Below, piece by piece: positions 1-8,879 of a DNA stretch of 64,000 nucleotides (the first letter of the stretch is position 1; each line of letters begins with the position of its first letter). The translations under genes were made by a program, and so were the position numbers. The stretch covers positions 83,717 through 147,716 of the forward strand of contig JBGVPG010000009.1 in assembly GCA_045126855.1 (NCBI GenBank), given 5' to 3'. The stretch is from Eubacteriales bacterium (GTDB lineage Bacteria; Bacillota; Clostridia; Oscillospirales; CAG-272). The notes under the pieces are model-generated. The model saw only the letters and a list, made by a program, of their open reading frames with translations, had not been told where the DNA came from and did not search any database.

Positions 1-197
1 TTTTGTTTAAGGCTCTTAACAATTCTTAACACACCGTCATAAAGACGCTCGATGGGATAATTGCTATCTTCATTCGGTTTTATATCAAATCTGACAAGCT
101 CGCAGCCATCTGCACGTGCCGCCGCCACCTCGAACAGTATTTCGGTGTGCGCCGCATCATTGCTTGTTGATTTTAAATCTATCCTTTTAATAATCAT
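1..197 (-). CDS. hypothetical protein, N-terminal part only (gene runs off the left edge)
   Basis: ATG at 197-195 on the minus strand. The frame stays open to position 1 and reads MIIKRIDLKSTSNDAAHTEILFEVAAARADGCELVRFDIKPNEDSNYPIERLYDGVLRIVKSLKQ. No family recognised. GGAG lies only 2 nt upstream of the ATG. Confidence 0.35.
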   Translation of the reverse strand, partial: MIIKRIDLKSTSNDAAHTEILFEVAAARADGCELVRFDIKPNEDSNYPIERLYDGVLRIVKSLKQ

Positions 198-272
198 ATC
201 ATAGCTCCAAATTAATTTGAGTATATTGTAGCATAAAGAAACAAAAAAGTAAAGACTTTACGGAGATTAATT

Positions 273-1445
273 ATGACAAAACTTCTTGGTAGGTTATTTA
301 TCAAAAACTACGAAAATACAACCGACCCGAGTGTACGAAAGGCATACGGTACACTTTCAAGCGTGGTTGGAATTATCATAAACCTTATTCTCGCTATTTT
401 TAAACTACTGTGCGGTATCCTTTCAAACTCGGTTTCAATAATGGCGGACGCCTTTAATAATCTTTCCGACTCAGGAACCGCCGTGATTACCCTGATAAGC
501 TTCAAGATCTCCTCCCGTCCCGCAGATAAGGAGCATCCCTTCGGTCACGCGAGAATGGAATATATTGCATCCATGATTGTTTCCTTTATTATAATGCTTG
601 TGGGTGCCGAGCTACTGCTTGACTCCGGAAAGACACTTCTTGGCCTTTCTGACAAAAAGGAAACTACAGTTACAACGCTGACAATAGTGATTCTTGCTGC
701 ATCAATAATAGTAAAGCTACTTCTCGCTCTCTTTTATCGTAGTATAGGAAAAACCATTGATTCAAGCGTTGTTCTTGCGGCATCTGCCGACTCCTTCAGT
801 GACTCCTTCTCTACACTTGCGGTTCTCGCCTCCTCTGTTGTAATTAAGTTTACAGCTTGGCATGTGATCGACGCAATAATGGGAATTATCGTTTCTATAC
901 CGATAATTATAGCAGGCTTTAAGATACTCAATGAAACCAAGGACGTTCTTCTTGGAGAAGCGCCTGTTGACGAAACTGTACGTGATATTGAAAGAATTAT
1001 CAAGGATTTTCCCGACATAATAGGCACCCACGACCTTATGGTACATAATTACGGTCCATCTAATTTTGTGGCATCCTTCCACGCAGAGGTTGATGGCAAA
1101 CAGGATATTTATTATCTCCACGATATGATCGACAACGTTGAGCGAAGGATATGCGAGGAGCTGAAGATCCTTTGTACAATTCATATGGATCCTGTCGTGA
1201 CCGACGACGAAAACGTTAATGAACTGAAAACATTCCTTATCGATACCATGAGATCGGAAGGATTAGACTTCCCTATTCATGATTTCAGAACTGTAATAGG
1301 TCAAACACACACAAACATGATTTTTGACGTTGTGCTACCATTCGACAGTAAAATTTCTGAAGAGGAGCTCAAGCTCGCCATATCAAACGCTGTAATTAAA
1401 AGACGTGATTATTGCTATTGCGTAATTACAGTTGATCGAGGATAA
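273..1445 (+). CDS. cation diffusion facilitator (CDF) family metal efflux transporter
   Basis: 390 aa. Multi-TM N-terminal half plus a cytoplasmic C-terminal domain. CDF signatures SIMADAFNNLSDS and HPFGHARMEY. Confidence 0.9.
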   Translation: MTKLLGRLFIKNYENTTDPSVRKAYGTLSSVVGIIINLILAIFKLLCGILSNSVSIMADAFNNLSDSGTAVITLISFKISSRPADKEHPFGHARMEYIASMIVSFIIMLVGAELLLDSGKTLLGLSDKKETTVTTLTIVILAASIIVKLLLALFYRSIGKTIDSSVVLAASADSFSDSFSTLAVLASSVVIKFTAWHVIDAIMGIIVSIPIIIAGFKILNETKDVLLGEAPVDETVRDIERIIKDFPDIIGTHDLMVHNYGPSNFVASFHAEVDGKQDIYYLHDMIDNVERRICEELKILCTIHMDPVVTDDENVNELKTFLIDTMRSEGLDFPIHDFRTVIGQTHTNMIFDVVLPFDSKISEEELKLAISNAVIKRRDYCYCVITVDRG

Positions 1446-1446
1446 A

Positions 1447-1478
1447 AGATAGAGCATTCCGCAAGGAATGCTCTATCT
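1447..1478. terminator. convergent-gene hairpin terminator
   Basis: Perfect 14-bp stem agatagagcattcc / ggaatgctctatct with loop gcaa, between the stops of two convergent genes. Flanking T/A runs are weak. Confidence 0.55.
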
Positions 1479-1482
1479 GCCT

Positions 1483-2433
1483 TTATTTATCTACTCTATT
1501 TAAAGTTTTTCCGCTATTGAACGCCTCGATATTGTCAGCAATAATGCCGATGCATCGTGCCCTTGCCTCATAAGATCCCCAGGCAGCATGAGGGGTGAGA
1601 ATAACGTTATCACGATCTTTGATAGCGAAATAAGGGTGTTCCTTGCTAAAGGGCTCAACGGAGTATACATCGCAGCCAAACCCAGCAATTCTTCCCTCTT
1701 CAACCGCTGCTGCAACCGCGGATTCATCTAAGACTGCACCTCTGGCTTCATTAACAAGGATAACCGACGGCTTCATCAGTGCAATTCTGGACTCATTAAT
1801 AAGATTTCTTGACTCATCGTTCAGAGGACAATGAATGGTAATAATATCGCTTTCCCGACACAGAGTATCAATATCAACGACCGTAGCATCGATAACCGGG
1901 GTGCGCTTGTTTACAATAACCCTCGCCCCAAAGGCCTCAGCAACGCGTCCAACGGCACGGCCAATATTTCCGTATCCAACAATCCCCCAGGTTTTACCGC
2001 ATAAATCGTGGTAAACGGGCGTAAGCCTGTTAGGCGTATTACCCGACGAGTACTCGCCGCTTTTAACAAAATCCCTGTACTCGATCAAATGCGACGTCAA
2101 TGCTAAAACTGTTGATATTGTAAACAGTGCAACGCTGTCGGTTGAATATCCCGGCACATTGCATACGCCGATTCCGAGCTTACGTGCCGCTGCAACGTCA
2201 ATATTATCGTAGCCCGTAGCGAATACGCATACGAGCTTCAGGCTATGCGATGACTCCATCAATTCTCTTGTAACTTTAATTTTATTAATGATGATAACAT
2301 CTGCATCCTTGGCTCTTGCTATTGCTTCGCTCGGCGTGCTGCTATCGTAGAAAACAACCTCTCCGAATTTATCCAATACGGAAAATGGTGTATCCTCTCC
2401 TAATGACTGTTTATCAAGAATTACAATTTTCAT
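1483..2433 (-). CDS. D-isomer-specific 2-hydroxyacid dehydrogenase (glycerate dehydrogenase / hydroxypyruvate reductase-like)
   Basis: NAD-binding GYGNIGRAVG; motifs NEARGAVLDE and TPHAAWGS (catalytic His). Start moved to the ATG giving MKIVILD. The ORF track starts 4 codons earlier at a GTG (2445). Confidence 0.85.
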   Translation of the reverse strand: MKIVILDKQSLGEDTPFSVLDKFGEVVFYDSSTPSEAIARAKDADVIIINKIKVTRELMESSHSLKLVCVFATGYDNIDVAAARKLGIGVCNVPGYSTDSVALFTISTVLALTSHLIEYRDFVKSGEYSSGNTPNRLTPVYHDLCGKTWGIVGYGNIGRAVGRVAEAFGARVIVNKRTPVIDATVVDIDTLCRESDIITIHCPLNDESRNLINESRIALMKPSVILVNEARGAVLDESAVAAAVEEGRIAGFGCDVYSVEPFSKEHPYFAIKDRDNVILTPHAAWGSYEARARCIGIIADNIEAFNSGKTLNRVDK

Positions 2434-2543
2434 AACCGTACCCACATTTTTTCTTTAATTATATCGCAAAAACCCTTTTTAGTCAACTTTTTTCCTACAA
2501 TTATTAATAAAAAAATATTTTATTAAAATATTAATAAAAACTA

Positions 2544-2572
2544 TTGACAAAAAACAAATTATGTGTTACAAT
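2544..2572 (+). promoter_or_regulatory. sigma-A type promoter of the rpmG-secE-nusG-rplKA cluster
   Basis: TTGACA (2544-2549), 17-nt spacer, TGt-TACAAT (extended -10, 2564-2572). Preceded by an AT-rich UP-like tract carrying a duplicated ATTAATAAAAA. Confidence 0.7.
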
Positions 2573-2693
2573 ACATTTACCTCTGTCGGAGGGCTTTTTT
2601 TGTGCGCAAATTTGGGACTAGCGCATACTTCGACATTGAGGGAGGTATTCAACGGGCAAAGCCCGAATTCTATTAGGAGGTGCCGAAAAAACT

Positions 2694-2843
2694 ATGAGAG
2701 TCAAAGTTACACTCGCCTGCACTGAATGCAAGCAAAGAAATTATGACACAAAGAAAAACAAGAAGAACGATCCGGACAGACTTGAAATGAAAAAGCACTG
2801 CCGTTTCTGCCGTAAGCACACGTTGCATAAGGAAACCAAATAA
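2694..2843 (+). CDS. rpmG: 50S ribosomal protein L33 (zinc-ribbon form)
   Basis: Not in the ORF track because it is 49 aa. My translation is [55 protein letters not shown] lies 13 nt upstream. It sits at the conserved position before secE-nusG. Confidence 0.93.
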   Translation: MRVKVTLACTECKQRNYDTKKNKKNDPDRLEMKKHCRFCRKHTLHKETK

Positions 2844-2862
2844 TTTTTGAGAGGAATAAATA

Positions 2863-3150
2863 ATGGCAGACAAGAACATTAACGCAAACGACAACAAAGA
2901 AGTTGTTGCTAAGTCTACCAAGTCTCAGGAGAAGAAGCCCAACGCATTCAAAACCTTAGCAAACAAGCTCGTTAAGTTCCTTAAGGATACTAGGGGTGAG
3001 CTCAAGAAGGTTGTTTGGACTTCCAAGACTGAAGTTTGGAAAAGCTTCCAGCTCGTTATCGCAACCGTCGTGGCAGTAAGCGTTGCTATTGCAGTAATTG
3101 ATTACGTTTCTTCTTTAGTCATCAACACTATAGCAGGTCTTATCGGCTAA
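2863..3150 (+). CDS. secE: preprotein translocase subunit SecE
   Basis: 95 aa. Basic N-terminus, motif ELKKVVWTSKTEV and a single C-terminal TM helix. Conserved position between rpmG and nusG. Confidence 0.9.
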   Translation: MADKNINANDNKEVVAKSTKSQEKKPNAFKTLANKLVKFLKDTRGELKKVVWTSKTEVWKSFQLVIATVVAVSVAIAVIDYVSSLVINTIAGLIG

Positions 3151-3160
3151 GAGGTTAGCC

Positions 3161-3727
3161 ATGAGTAATATTAACGAAAAAAACCAGGGTCCCAGATGGT
3201 ATGTTGCTCACACTTATACGGGCTACGAAAATAAAGTAAAAGACAGCATCGAGAAAATTGTCGAGAACCGTGGTCTTGGCCACCTTATCTACGACATTAA
3301 GGTTCCTGCAGTTAAGGAAAACGTCCTTGACGAGAACGGAAAGCCTGTTCTTGATAAGAACGGTGAGGAGAAAATTGTTGAAACAAAGCTCTTCCCCAGC
3401 TATGTCTTTGTAAAAATGACCATGAATGACGAGTCCTGGCATGTTGTAAGAAACATCACAGGCGTAACGGGCTTTGTAGGTCCCGGGTCAGAGCCTACTC
3501 CCCTTACCGACGAAGAGGTCGAGATGTTCCAGGTTGAGATTATCACCGAGGAATTCAAGTACAATCTCGGCGACAAGGTTAAGGTGGTATCGGGTATCTT
3601 TGAAGGATACTCGGGTATTATTCAGGAGATCAGCGAGGACAAGAAGTCTCTTACAATCCTTGCAGCTACTGAAAGACGTGACATCTCTATTATGGTAGAG
3701 ACAAAGGACGTCACTGTTGCGGACTAA
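3161..3727 (+). CDS. nusG: transcription termination/antitermination factor NusG
   Basis: 188 aa. NGN domain (WYVAHTYTGYENKV) and KOW motif (GDKVKVVSGIFEGYSGIIQEI). Synteny supports the call. Confidence 0.95.
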   Translation: MSNINEKNQGPRWYVAHTYTGYENKVKDSIEKIVENRGLGHLIYDIKVPAVKENVLDENGKPVLDKNGEEKIVETKLFPSYVFVKMTMNDESWHVVRNITGVTGFVGPGSEPTPLTDEEVEMFQVEIITEEFKYNLGDKVKVVSGIFEGYSGIIQEISEDKKSLTILAATERRDISIMVETKDVTVAD

Positions 3728-3823
3728 TTCCGCATAATGCTTCTATATTGAAGCGAATCGTGGGAGGGAGAAAAATTTTGAATTCTCCCGTCTAAATTAC
3801 CACATTTGGAGGTTTATTAAATT

Positions 3824-4249
3824 ATGGCAAAGAAAATTATGGGTTACATTAAGCTGCAGCTCCCTGCAGGCAAGGCTACACCCCAGCCCCCCGTTGGTCC
3901 CGCACTTGGTCAGTACGGTGTTTCCATCCCCAACTTCACTAAGGAGTTCAACGAGAGAACTAAGAACGACATCGGTCTTATCATCCCCGTTGTAATTACT
4001 GTATACGCAGACCGTTCCTTTACTTTCATCACCAAGACTCCCCCCGCAGCAGTTCTTATTAAGAAGGCTTGCGGCATTGAGACCGCTTCCGCTGTTCCTA
4101 ACAAGACCAAGGTTGCAAAGCTCACCAAGGAGCAGGTTCGCAAGATTGCAGAAACCAAGATGCCTGACCTCAACGCTGCTTCTATCGAGGCTGCTATGAG
4201 CATGGTAGCAGGTACCGCTCGTTCTATGGGCGTTACCGTAGAAGAGTGA
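3824..4249 (+). CDS. rplK: 50S ribosomal protein L11
   Basis: 141 aa. [30 protein letters not shown] is the canonical L11 N-terminus. Confidence 0.97.
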   Translation: MAKKIMGYIKLQLPAGKATPQPPVGPALGQYGVSIPNFTKEFNERTKNDIGLIIPVVITVYADRSFTFITKTPPAAVLIKKACGIETASAVPNKTKVAKLTKEQVRKIAETKMPDLNAASIEAAMSMVAGTARSMGVTVEE

Positions 4250-4265
4250 TAGGAGGACATGAGTA

Positions 4266-4964
4266 ATGGCTAAGTATGGAAAGAAGTATAATGCAAGCGC
4301 TCAGCTTGTAGATAAGTCCAAGCTCTATGACGTTAACGAGGCAATTGATCTCGTATGTCAGACCGCTAAGGCAAAGTTTGACGAGACTGTTGAGATCCAC
4401 ATCAGACTTGGTGTTGACTCCCGTCACGCTGACCAGCAGGTTAGAGGTGCTATCGTTCTCCCCAACGGTACCGGTAAGACTGTTAGAACCCTTGTATTCG
4501 CTCGTGGCGACAAGGCAGAGGCTGCTCTCGCAGCTGGCGCTGATTACGTAGGCGCTGAGGATATGGTACAGAAGATCACTACCGAGAACTGGTTCGACTT
4601 CGACGTTGTAATCGCTTCTCCTGACATGATGGGCGTTATCGGCCGTCTTGGTAAGGTGCTTGGTCCTAAGGGCCTTATGCCTAACCCCAAGGCTGGTACT
4701 GTTACTCCCGACGTTGCTAAGGCTGTTGTAGAGGCTAAGGCAGGTAAGATTGAGTACCGTCTTGACAAGACCAACATCATCCACTGCCCCATCGGTAAGG
4801 CATCCTTCGGCGTTGAGAAGCTCACCGAGAACTTCAACACTCTCGTTGGCGCTGTAATCAAGGCTAAGCCCGCTGCTGCAAAGGGCCAGTACATCAAGAG
4901 CTGTGTAGTTGCTACAACCATGGGCCCCGGCATCAAGGTTAACAACGCAAAGCTTGGTAACTAA
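4266..4964 (+). CDS. rplA: 50S ribosomal protein L1
   Basis: 232 aa. Shows [24 protein letters not shown] and [15 protein letters not shown]. Confidence 0.97.
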   Translation: MAKYGKKYNASAQLVDKSKLYDVNEAIDLVCQTAKAKFDETVEIHIRLGVDSRHADQQVRGAIVLPNGTGKTVRTLVFARGDKAEAALAAGADYVGAEDMVQKITTENWFDFDVVIASPDMMGVIGRLGKVLGPKGLMPNPKAGTVTPDVAKAVVEAKAGKIEYRLDKTNIIHCPIGKASFGVEKLTENFNTLVGAVIKAKPAAAKGQYIKSCVVATTMGPGIKVNNAKLGN

Positions 4965-4983
4965 TATTCGGTTATAAATAAAA

Positions 4984-5012
4984 ATGCGGATGCGATTGCA
5001 TCCGCATTTTTT
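4984..5012. terminator. rho-independent terminator after rplA (usable in both directions)
   Basis: 10-bp stem atgcggatgc / gcatccgcat, loop gatt. Followed by TTTTT and preceded by AAAA. Confidence 0.8.
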
Positions 5013-5017
5013 ATAAT

Positions 5018-5045
5018 AATAGCCACCGATTTTTCGGTGGCTATT
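5018..5045. terminator. second hairpin, downstream of the minus-strand gene ending at 5053
   Basis: 12-bp stem aatagccaccga / tcggtggctatt with loop tttt. It has no T-run of its own on the minus strand and probably works together with the 4984-5012 hairpin. Confidence 0.5.
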
Positions 5046-5052
5046 ATTAATT

Positions 5053-6492
5053 TTACTCCTCCGAATTAATAGTAACAACAGGAGTAGGATCGGTTGCCTC
5101 AGCATTACAGGAAAGAAGTGTAATGATATAACCAAAGGAAGCGTTAAGTGACTTGGTTCTCCATGTGGGAATTTTGTAGCAGGTAAATCCGCCAACAGTT
5201 ACCTCTTCCCAAAGAGGAACGTAGGTCTTATTTCCGGAACCATCGGTAATTACTTCAAACTCATAATAGCTCTTATAATCAAGGAACTTCTCATAACCGG
5301 GCTGTCCCTCTTCCACCTTAAGAATATAGGTGTAAAGATTCTTTGTGTTATAAGCGTTCCAGTAAATGAGATCCATGGTAGCTCCACCCATGCCAGGGTT
5401 AGTTCCAACGGGATCATCGAAATATGTAGACATCTTATCAAGGATGGTCGCCGCATCGGCAAAGCTTATAAGGTTCTCGTTAATGAAGAACTGAAGGGGA
5501 GATCCCATGATAGAATCATTGATAGCGCCTGCGATATTATCCAGGTGTGTATCAGCAGAAAGAATGGAGAAAATACCGGTTCTCTGATCCTCGGGGACGA
5601 TATCACCAACAGTAAGATCACCGTAAAGATTACCAAGATTGCCTATGTTACGATCAGAAACAACAGCCATAAGACCAGTTACTTCCTTTTCTGTTCCGTC
5701 GCCATTATCCTGATACCACTTACCATCTCTCTCGGAATAACCAAGGAGTTCACCGATTTTAGCGGTGTTTATCTTATCATCAACAGTATCAAGCGTGCAA
5801 TCGGCAAATACAGCCATAATACCGGTTACCTCAGAGTTAGAACCGTCATACCACGTATCGTTCTCCTCGTTATAATGATAGCCAAGAATATCTGCAAGAG
5901 TAATATCACCATGGAGAATGTTGTTTGTGTTAATCTTACCGGTAACGAAATCGTTAAGCGAGAAGTCTGCGATAAGCTCCTCAAGCGCACTAATACGAAC
6001 GCCCTCGGGAGTTACCCAATAGGATGCAGGATCATTAGGATCGCCGCCGGGAGTTCCGTCAGAATTCATACATTCATACTTCTCAACAGTACCAATGAAA
6101 ACGTTGCTGAGAACGGCATTAACGCCTTCCATGCTAAAGAGCTTCTTGAGAGGCATATTCATCGCCTCATCGGTCATTATAAGATCGAGCTTCTCATGGA
6201 AAATAATGCCGTAACGGGACTTGAGAAGATTGAGAGTAAGGTCGTCGCCAAATGTCTGAAGCTCCTTAATCTCATTATAAAGTTCAATGCCATTAAGGTC
6301 AAGAATATCAACCTCTGCATCAGGACTCAAGAATTTTTCATCGGGAATGTTTACAAGATTAGTGTTCTCAAGATCTCTAAGTGAGTAGGAAGCAACGACG
6401 GCTGCAGGAATTCCTAGAAAGAGACCGGTAGCAAGACCGAAGCCCATGCAGAACACTATTGCAAAAGCAATAAGACGTGAAAGTCCAAACAT
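5053..6492 (-). CDS. hypothetical membrane-anchored protein with an internal ~50-aa duplication
   Basis: 479 aa. One N-terminal TM helix (LIAFAIVFCMGFGLATGLFLGIPAAVVA). Repeat pattern [IL]LGY..WY..EVTG[IL]MAV..D occurs twice. No family recognised. It has its own promoter, SD (AAAGGA) and terminator. Confidence 0.6.
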   Translation of the reverse strand: MFGLSRLIAFAIVFCMGFGLATGLFLGIPAAVVASYSLRDLENTNLVNIPDEKFLSPDAEVDILDLNGIELYNEIKELQTFGDDLTLNLLKSRYGIIFHEKLDLIMTDEAMNMPLKKLFSMEGVNAVLSNVFIGTVEKYECMNSDGTPGGDPNDPASYWVTPEGVRISALEELIADFSLNDFVTGKINTNNILHGDITLADILGYHYNEENDTWYDGSNSEVTGIMAVFADCTLDTVDDKINTAKIGELLGYSERDGKWYQDNGDGTEKEVTGLMAVVSDRNIGNLGNLYGDLTVGDIVPEDQRTGIFSILSADTHLDNIAGAINDSIMGSPLQFFINENLISFADAATILDKMSTYFDDPVGTNPGMGGATMDLIYWNAYNTKNLYTYILKVEEGQPGYEKFLDYKSYYEFEVITDGSGNKTYVPLWEEVTVGGFTCYKIPTWRTKSLNASFGYIITLLSCNAEATDPTPVVTINSEE

Positions 6493-6530
6493 AATACTGT
6501 ATCCTTTCGAGCGTATAATTTAACAAATAT

Positions 6531-6559
6531 ATTATACCATTTATTTATAAAATTTGCAA
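6531..6559 (-). promoter_or_regulatory. sigma-A type promoter of the 5053-6492 gene
   Basis: On the minus strand: TTGCAA (6559-6554), 17-nt spacer, TATAAT (6536-6531). Confidence 0.65.
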
Positions 6560-6631
6560 TATATATTTTAAAAATTTTTAATATTTTTGAGGAGACGAAT
6601 TGTTTCAAAAGCGGAAGATAAAAGAAGGCAG

Positions 6632-6660
6632 AAAAGGTGCGGTATAACACCGCACCTTTT
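6632..6660. terminator. rho-independent terminator of the EF-G paralogue gene
   Basis: 8-bp GC-rich stem ggtgcggt / accgcacc with loop ataac, flanked by AAAA and TTTT. Confidence 0.75.
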
Positions 6661-6676
6661 TAATGTTTTTATTATT

Positions 6677-8752
6677 TTATGCCTGTTCTCTCTTTGCCTC
6701 AGCAATTACCTTTTCAGCGATGGAGGCAGGAACCTCATCGTATCTGATAAAGTCAAAGTCAAATCTTCCTCTACCCTGAGTGGAAGCACGGAGAGAAATA
6801 ACGTAATCGGTCATTTCAGAGAAAGGTACCTCTGCAAGAACAACCTGAGTACCATCCTCGGCAGGATCAATACCCATTACTCTACCGCGGCGCTTGTTAA
6901 GGTCGCCCATAACGTCGCCGACGTAATTATCGGGAACGTAAACCTTGAGCTCGCCAACAGGCTCAAGAAGCACGGGATTTGCCTGAGGAAGGCCGTCACG
7001 GTATGCAATACCTGCAGCGAGCTTGAAGGAAATCTCGTTAGAGTCAACGTCGTGATAGGAACCGTCGTAAAGGTTAGCTGCAAGATGAACTACGGGATAT
7101 CCTGCAAGAACACCCTTCTGCATCGCGTCCTTAAGTCCCTGCTCTACTGCGGGGAAGAAGTTTCTGGGAACTGCTCCGCCGAATACTGTCTCAGTGAATG
7201 TAAGACCCTCTGCCTCGCCGGGAGAGAATGTGATCTTAACGTGACCGTACTGACCTGAACCACCCGACTGCTTCTTGTGCTTACCTTCAACGTCGACCTT
7301 CTTCTTGATAGTCTCACGATAAGCAATCTTAGGCTTGGTAAGCTCAACGTTTGCACCAAATCTGTTCTTAAGCTTAGAAACTACGATATCAAGGTGAATA
7401 TCACCGAGACCTGCAATGGTAAGCTGCTTGGTCTCAGAGTTGTTAACGTACTTGAGGGATCTGTCCTCCTCAAGGAGTCTTGCAATACCCGAGGAGATTC
7501 TATCCTCATCACCCTTTGCCATAGGCTTGATAGCCATATTGAAGTAGGGTCTGGGATAGGAGATGGGAGCATACTTGATTTCCTTACCTGTTGTAAGAGT
7601 GTCGTTTGTATTAGTGCCGGAAAGCTTAGCAACAACACCGATATCACCGCATGCAAGCTCGTCAACGTCGATCTGCTTCTTACCTCTGAGCATGAAGATC
7701 TTATTGAACTTTTCGCTTGCGCCGGAGGTTGTGTTCTTAAGAACCATATCCTTCTTGAGCTCGCCGTTCATAACCTTGAAGAAGGACATCTTACCAACGA
7801 AGGGATCGGCGATAGTCTTAAATACGAAGATAGCAGTCTCGGAGGACTCGGGATCGATAGCAACCTCGGAAAGATTGCCCTCATCGTCAACCAGGTGTTC
7901 TACCTTACGTGCGGTAGGTCTGGGGAAGGACTCAGCAATAGTATCAAGGAAGGTCTTGATACCCCAGTTCTTCAGCGCTGCACCGCAGAATACGGGGACG
8001 ATGTCACCGCTGATGATGCCGTTATGAATAGCCTCAAGTGCCTCGTCACGGGAGATGGGCTCTTCGTTGAAGAACTTATCCATAAGATCGTCGCTTGTCT
8101 GAGCAATAGCCTCGAGAAGCATTGCGTGGTACTCCTCGCAAACATCCTTGAACTTCTCGGGAATAGAGCTGCGAGCATACTCACCGGTAGCCTTCTCGAA
8201 GGTGTAAACACACATCTCAACGAGGTTTGCAAAACCGATAACGTCGGGACCGTCGATGATAGGAATCTGAACGGGACAAACGTTTACGCCATATTTTTCA
8301 CGGATAGCACCAAATACCTTGTGGAATCTGGCTTCACCGTCATCAAATCTATTAATAAAGAATGCCTTGGGAATGCCTGCCTGAGAAGCAAGATTCCAAG
8401 CAAGCTCGGTACCAACCTCGATGCCCGCCTTACCGTCAACAACGATAATAGCTGCGTCAGCCGCTCTTACACACTGTCTAGCCTCAGCCTCAAAATCAAA
8501 GAAGCCGGGAGTGTCAAGAATATTGATCTTTGCACCGTTCCAAAGAAGGGGTGCAGACGCTGCAGAAATTGAATAACCTCTCTTGATTTCCTCAGGATCG
8601 TAGTCACAGATTGTGTTTCCGTCTGCAATATTACCAAGACGGTCGGTCAGTCTGGAGATGTAGAGCATGGACTCTGCAAGCGAGGTCTTTCCTCCTCCGC
8701 TGTGTCCGAGCAGTGCTACGTTACGTATGCTTTTTGTGTAAACCTTTTCCAT
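6677..8752 (-). CDS. elongation factor G paralogue (EFG-II-like translational GTPase with non-canonical G motifs)
   Basis: 691 aa with five-domain EF-G architecture. G1 is GHSGGGKT, switch II is DTPGFFDF and G4 is NRFD, all deviating from canonical AHxDxGKT / DTPGHVDF / NKxD. It is not next to rpsL-rpsG-tuf. Confidence 0.85.
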   Translation of the reverse strand: MEKVYTKSIRNVALLGHSGGGKTSLAESMLYISRLTDRLGNIADGNTICDYDPEEIKRGYSISAASAPLLWNGAKINILDTPGFFDFEAEARQCVRAADAAIIVVDGKAGIEVGTELAWNLASQAGIPKAFFINRFDDGEARFHKVFGAIREKYGVNVCPVQIPIIDGPDVIGFANLVEMCVYTFEKATGEYARSSIPEKFKDVCEEYHAMLLEAIAQTSDDLMDKFFNEEPISRDEALEAIHNGIISGDIVPVFCGAALKNWGIKTFLDTIAESFPRPTARKVEHLVDDEGNLSEVAIDPESSETAIFVFKTIADPFVGKMSFFKVMNGELKKDMVLKNTTSGASEKFNKIFMLRGKKQIDVDELACGDIGVVAKLSGTNTNDTLTTGKEIKYAPISYPRPYFNMAIKPMAKGDEDRISSGIARLLEEDRSLKYVNNSETKQLTIAGLGDIHLDIVVSKLKNRFGANVELTKPKIAYRETIKKKVDVEGKHKKQSGGSGQYGHVKITFSPGEAEGLTFTETVFGGAVPRNFFPAVEQGLKDAMQKGVLAGYPVVHLAANLYDGSYHDVDSNEISFKLAAGIAYRDGLPQANPVLLEPVGELKVYVPDNYVGDVMGDLNKRRGRVMGIDPAEDGTQVVLAEVPFSEMTDYVISLRASTQGRGRFDFDFIRYDEVPASIAEKVIAEAKREQA

Positions 8753-8817
8753 AATAAGAGGTTCTCCTTGTATAAAAATTTGCTGTAATGCGATAAAATC
8801 GCTATAACATCTATTTC

Positions 8818-8846
8818 ATTATACAATATTTATTTTACTTTTTCAA
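8818..8846 (-). promoter_or_regulatory. sigma-A type promoter of the EF-G paralogue
   Basis: On the minus strand: TTGAAA (8846-8841), 17-nt spacer, TATAAT (8823-8818) with TG just upstream. Confidence 0.6.
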
Positions 8847-8879
8847 GAAGTATAAATCAACTATTTGCCCTACTAATGT

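Noticed and set aside
4233-5195. 320-aa minus-strand ORF spanning rplA and both terminator hairpins.
   Set aside because: Antisense to rplA in the codon-aligned frame, and it reads through two strong terminators. Not plausible as a gene.
6587-7258. 223-aa plus-strand ORF starting in the intergenic region and running into the EF-G paralogue.
   Set aside because: It crosses the terminator hairpin at 6636-6656 and then continues antisense to the EF-G paralogue. No SD, and the sequence is low complexity.
7277-8572. 431-aa plus-strand ORF (with 7563-8027 and others) antisense to the EF-G paralogue.
   Set aside because: It lies in the codon-aligned antisense frame: both 7277 and the gene's codon boundaries are 2 mod 3. 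Stops in that frame require sense codons TTA, CTA or TCA, which this genome avoids. There is no SD or promoter, and the composition is low-complexity and Leu/Ser/Val-rich. It is an artefact of codon bias.
6677-8752. EF-G paralogue considered as a Tet(M)/Tet(O)-type ribosomal protection protein.
   Set aside because: Ribosomal protection proteins are shorter (about 640 aa) and retain canonical AHVDAGKT / DTPGH motifs. This protein is 691 aa with divergent motifs, and no mobile context is present.
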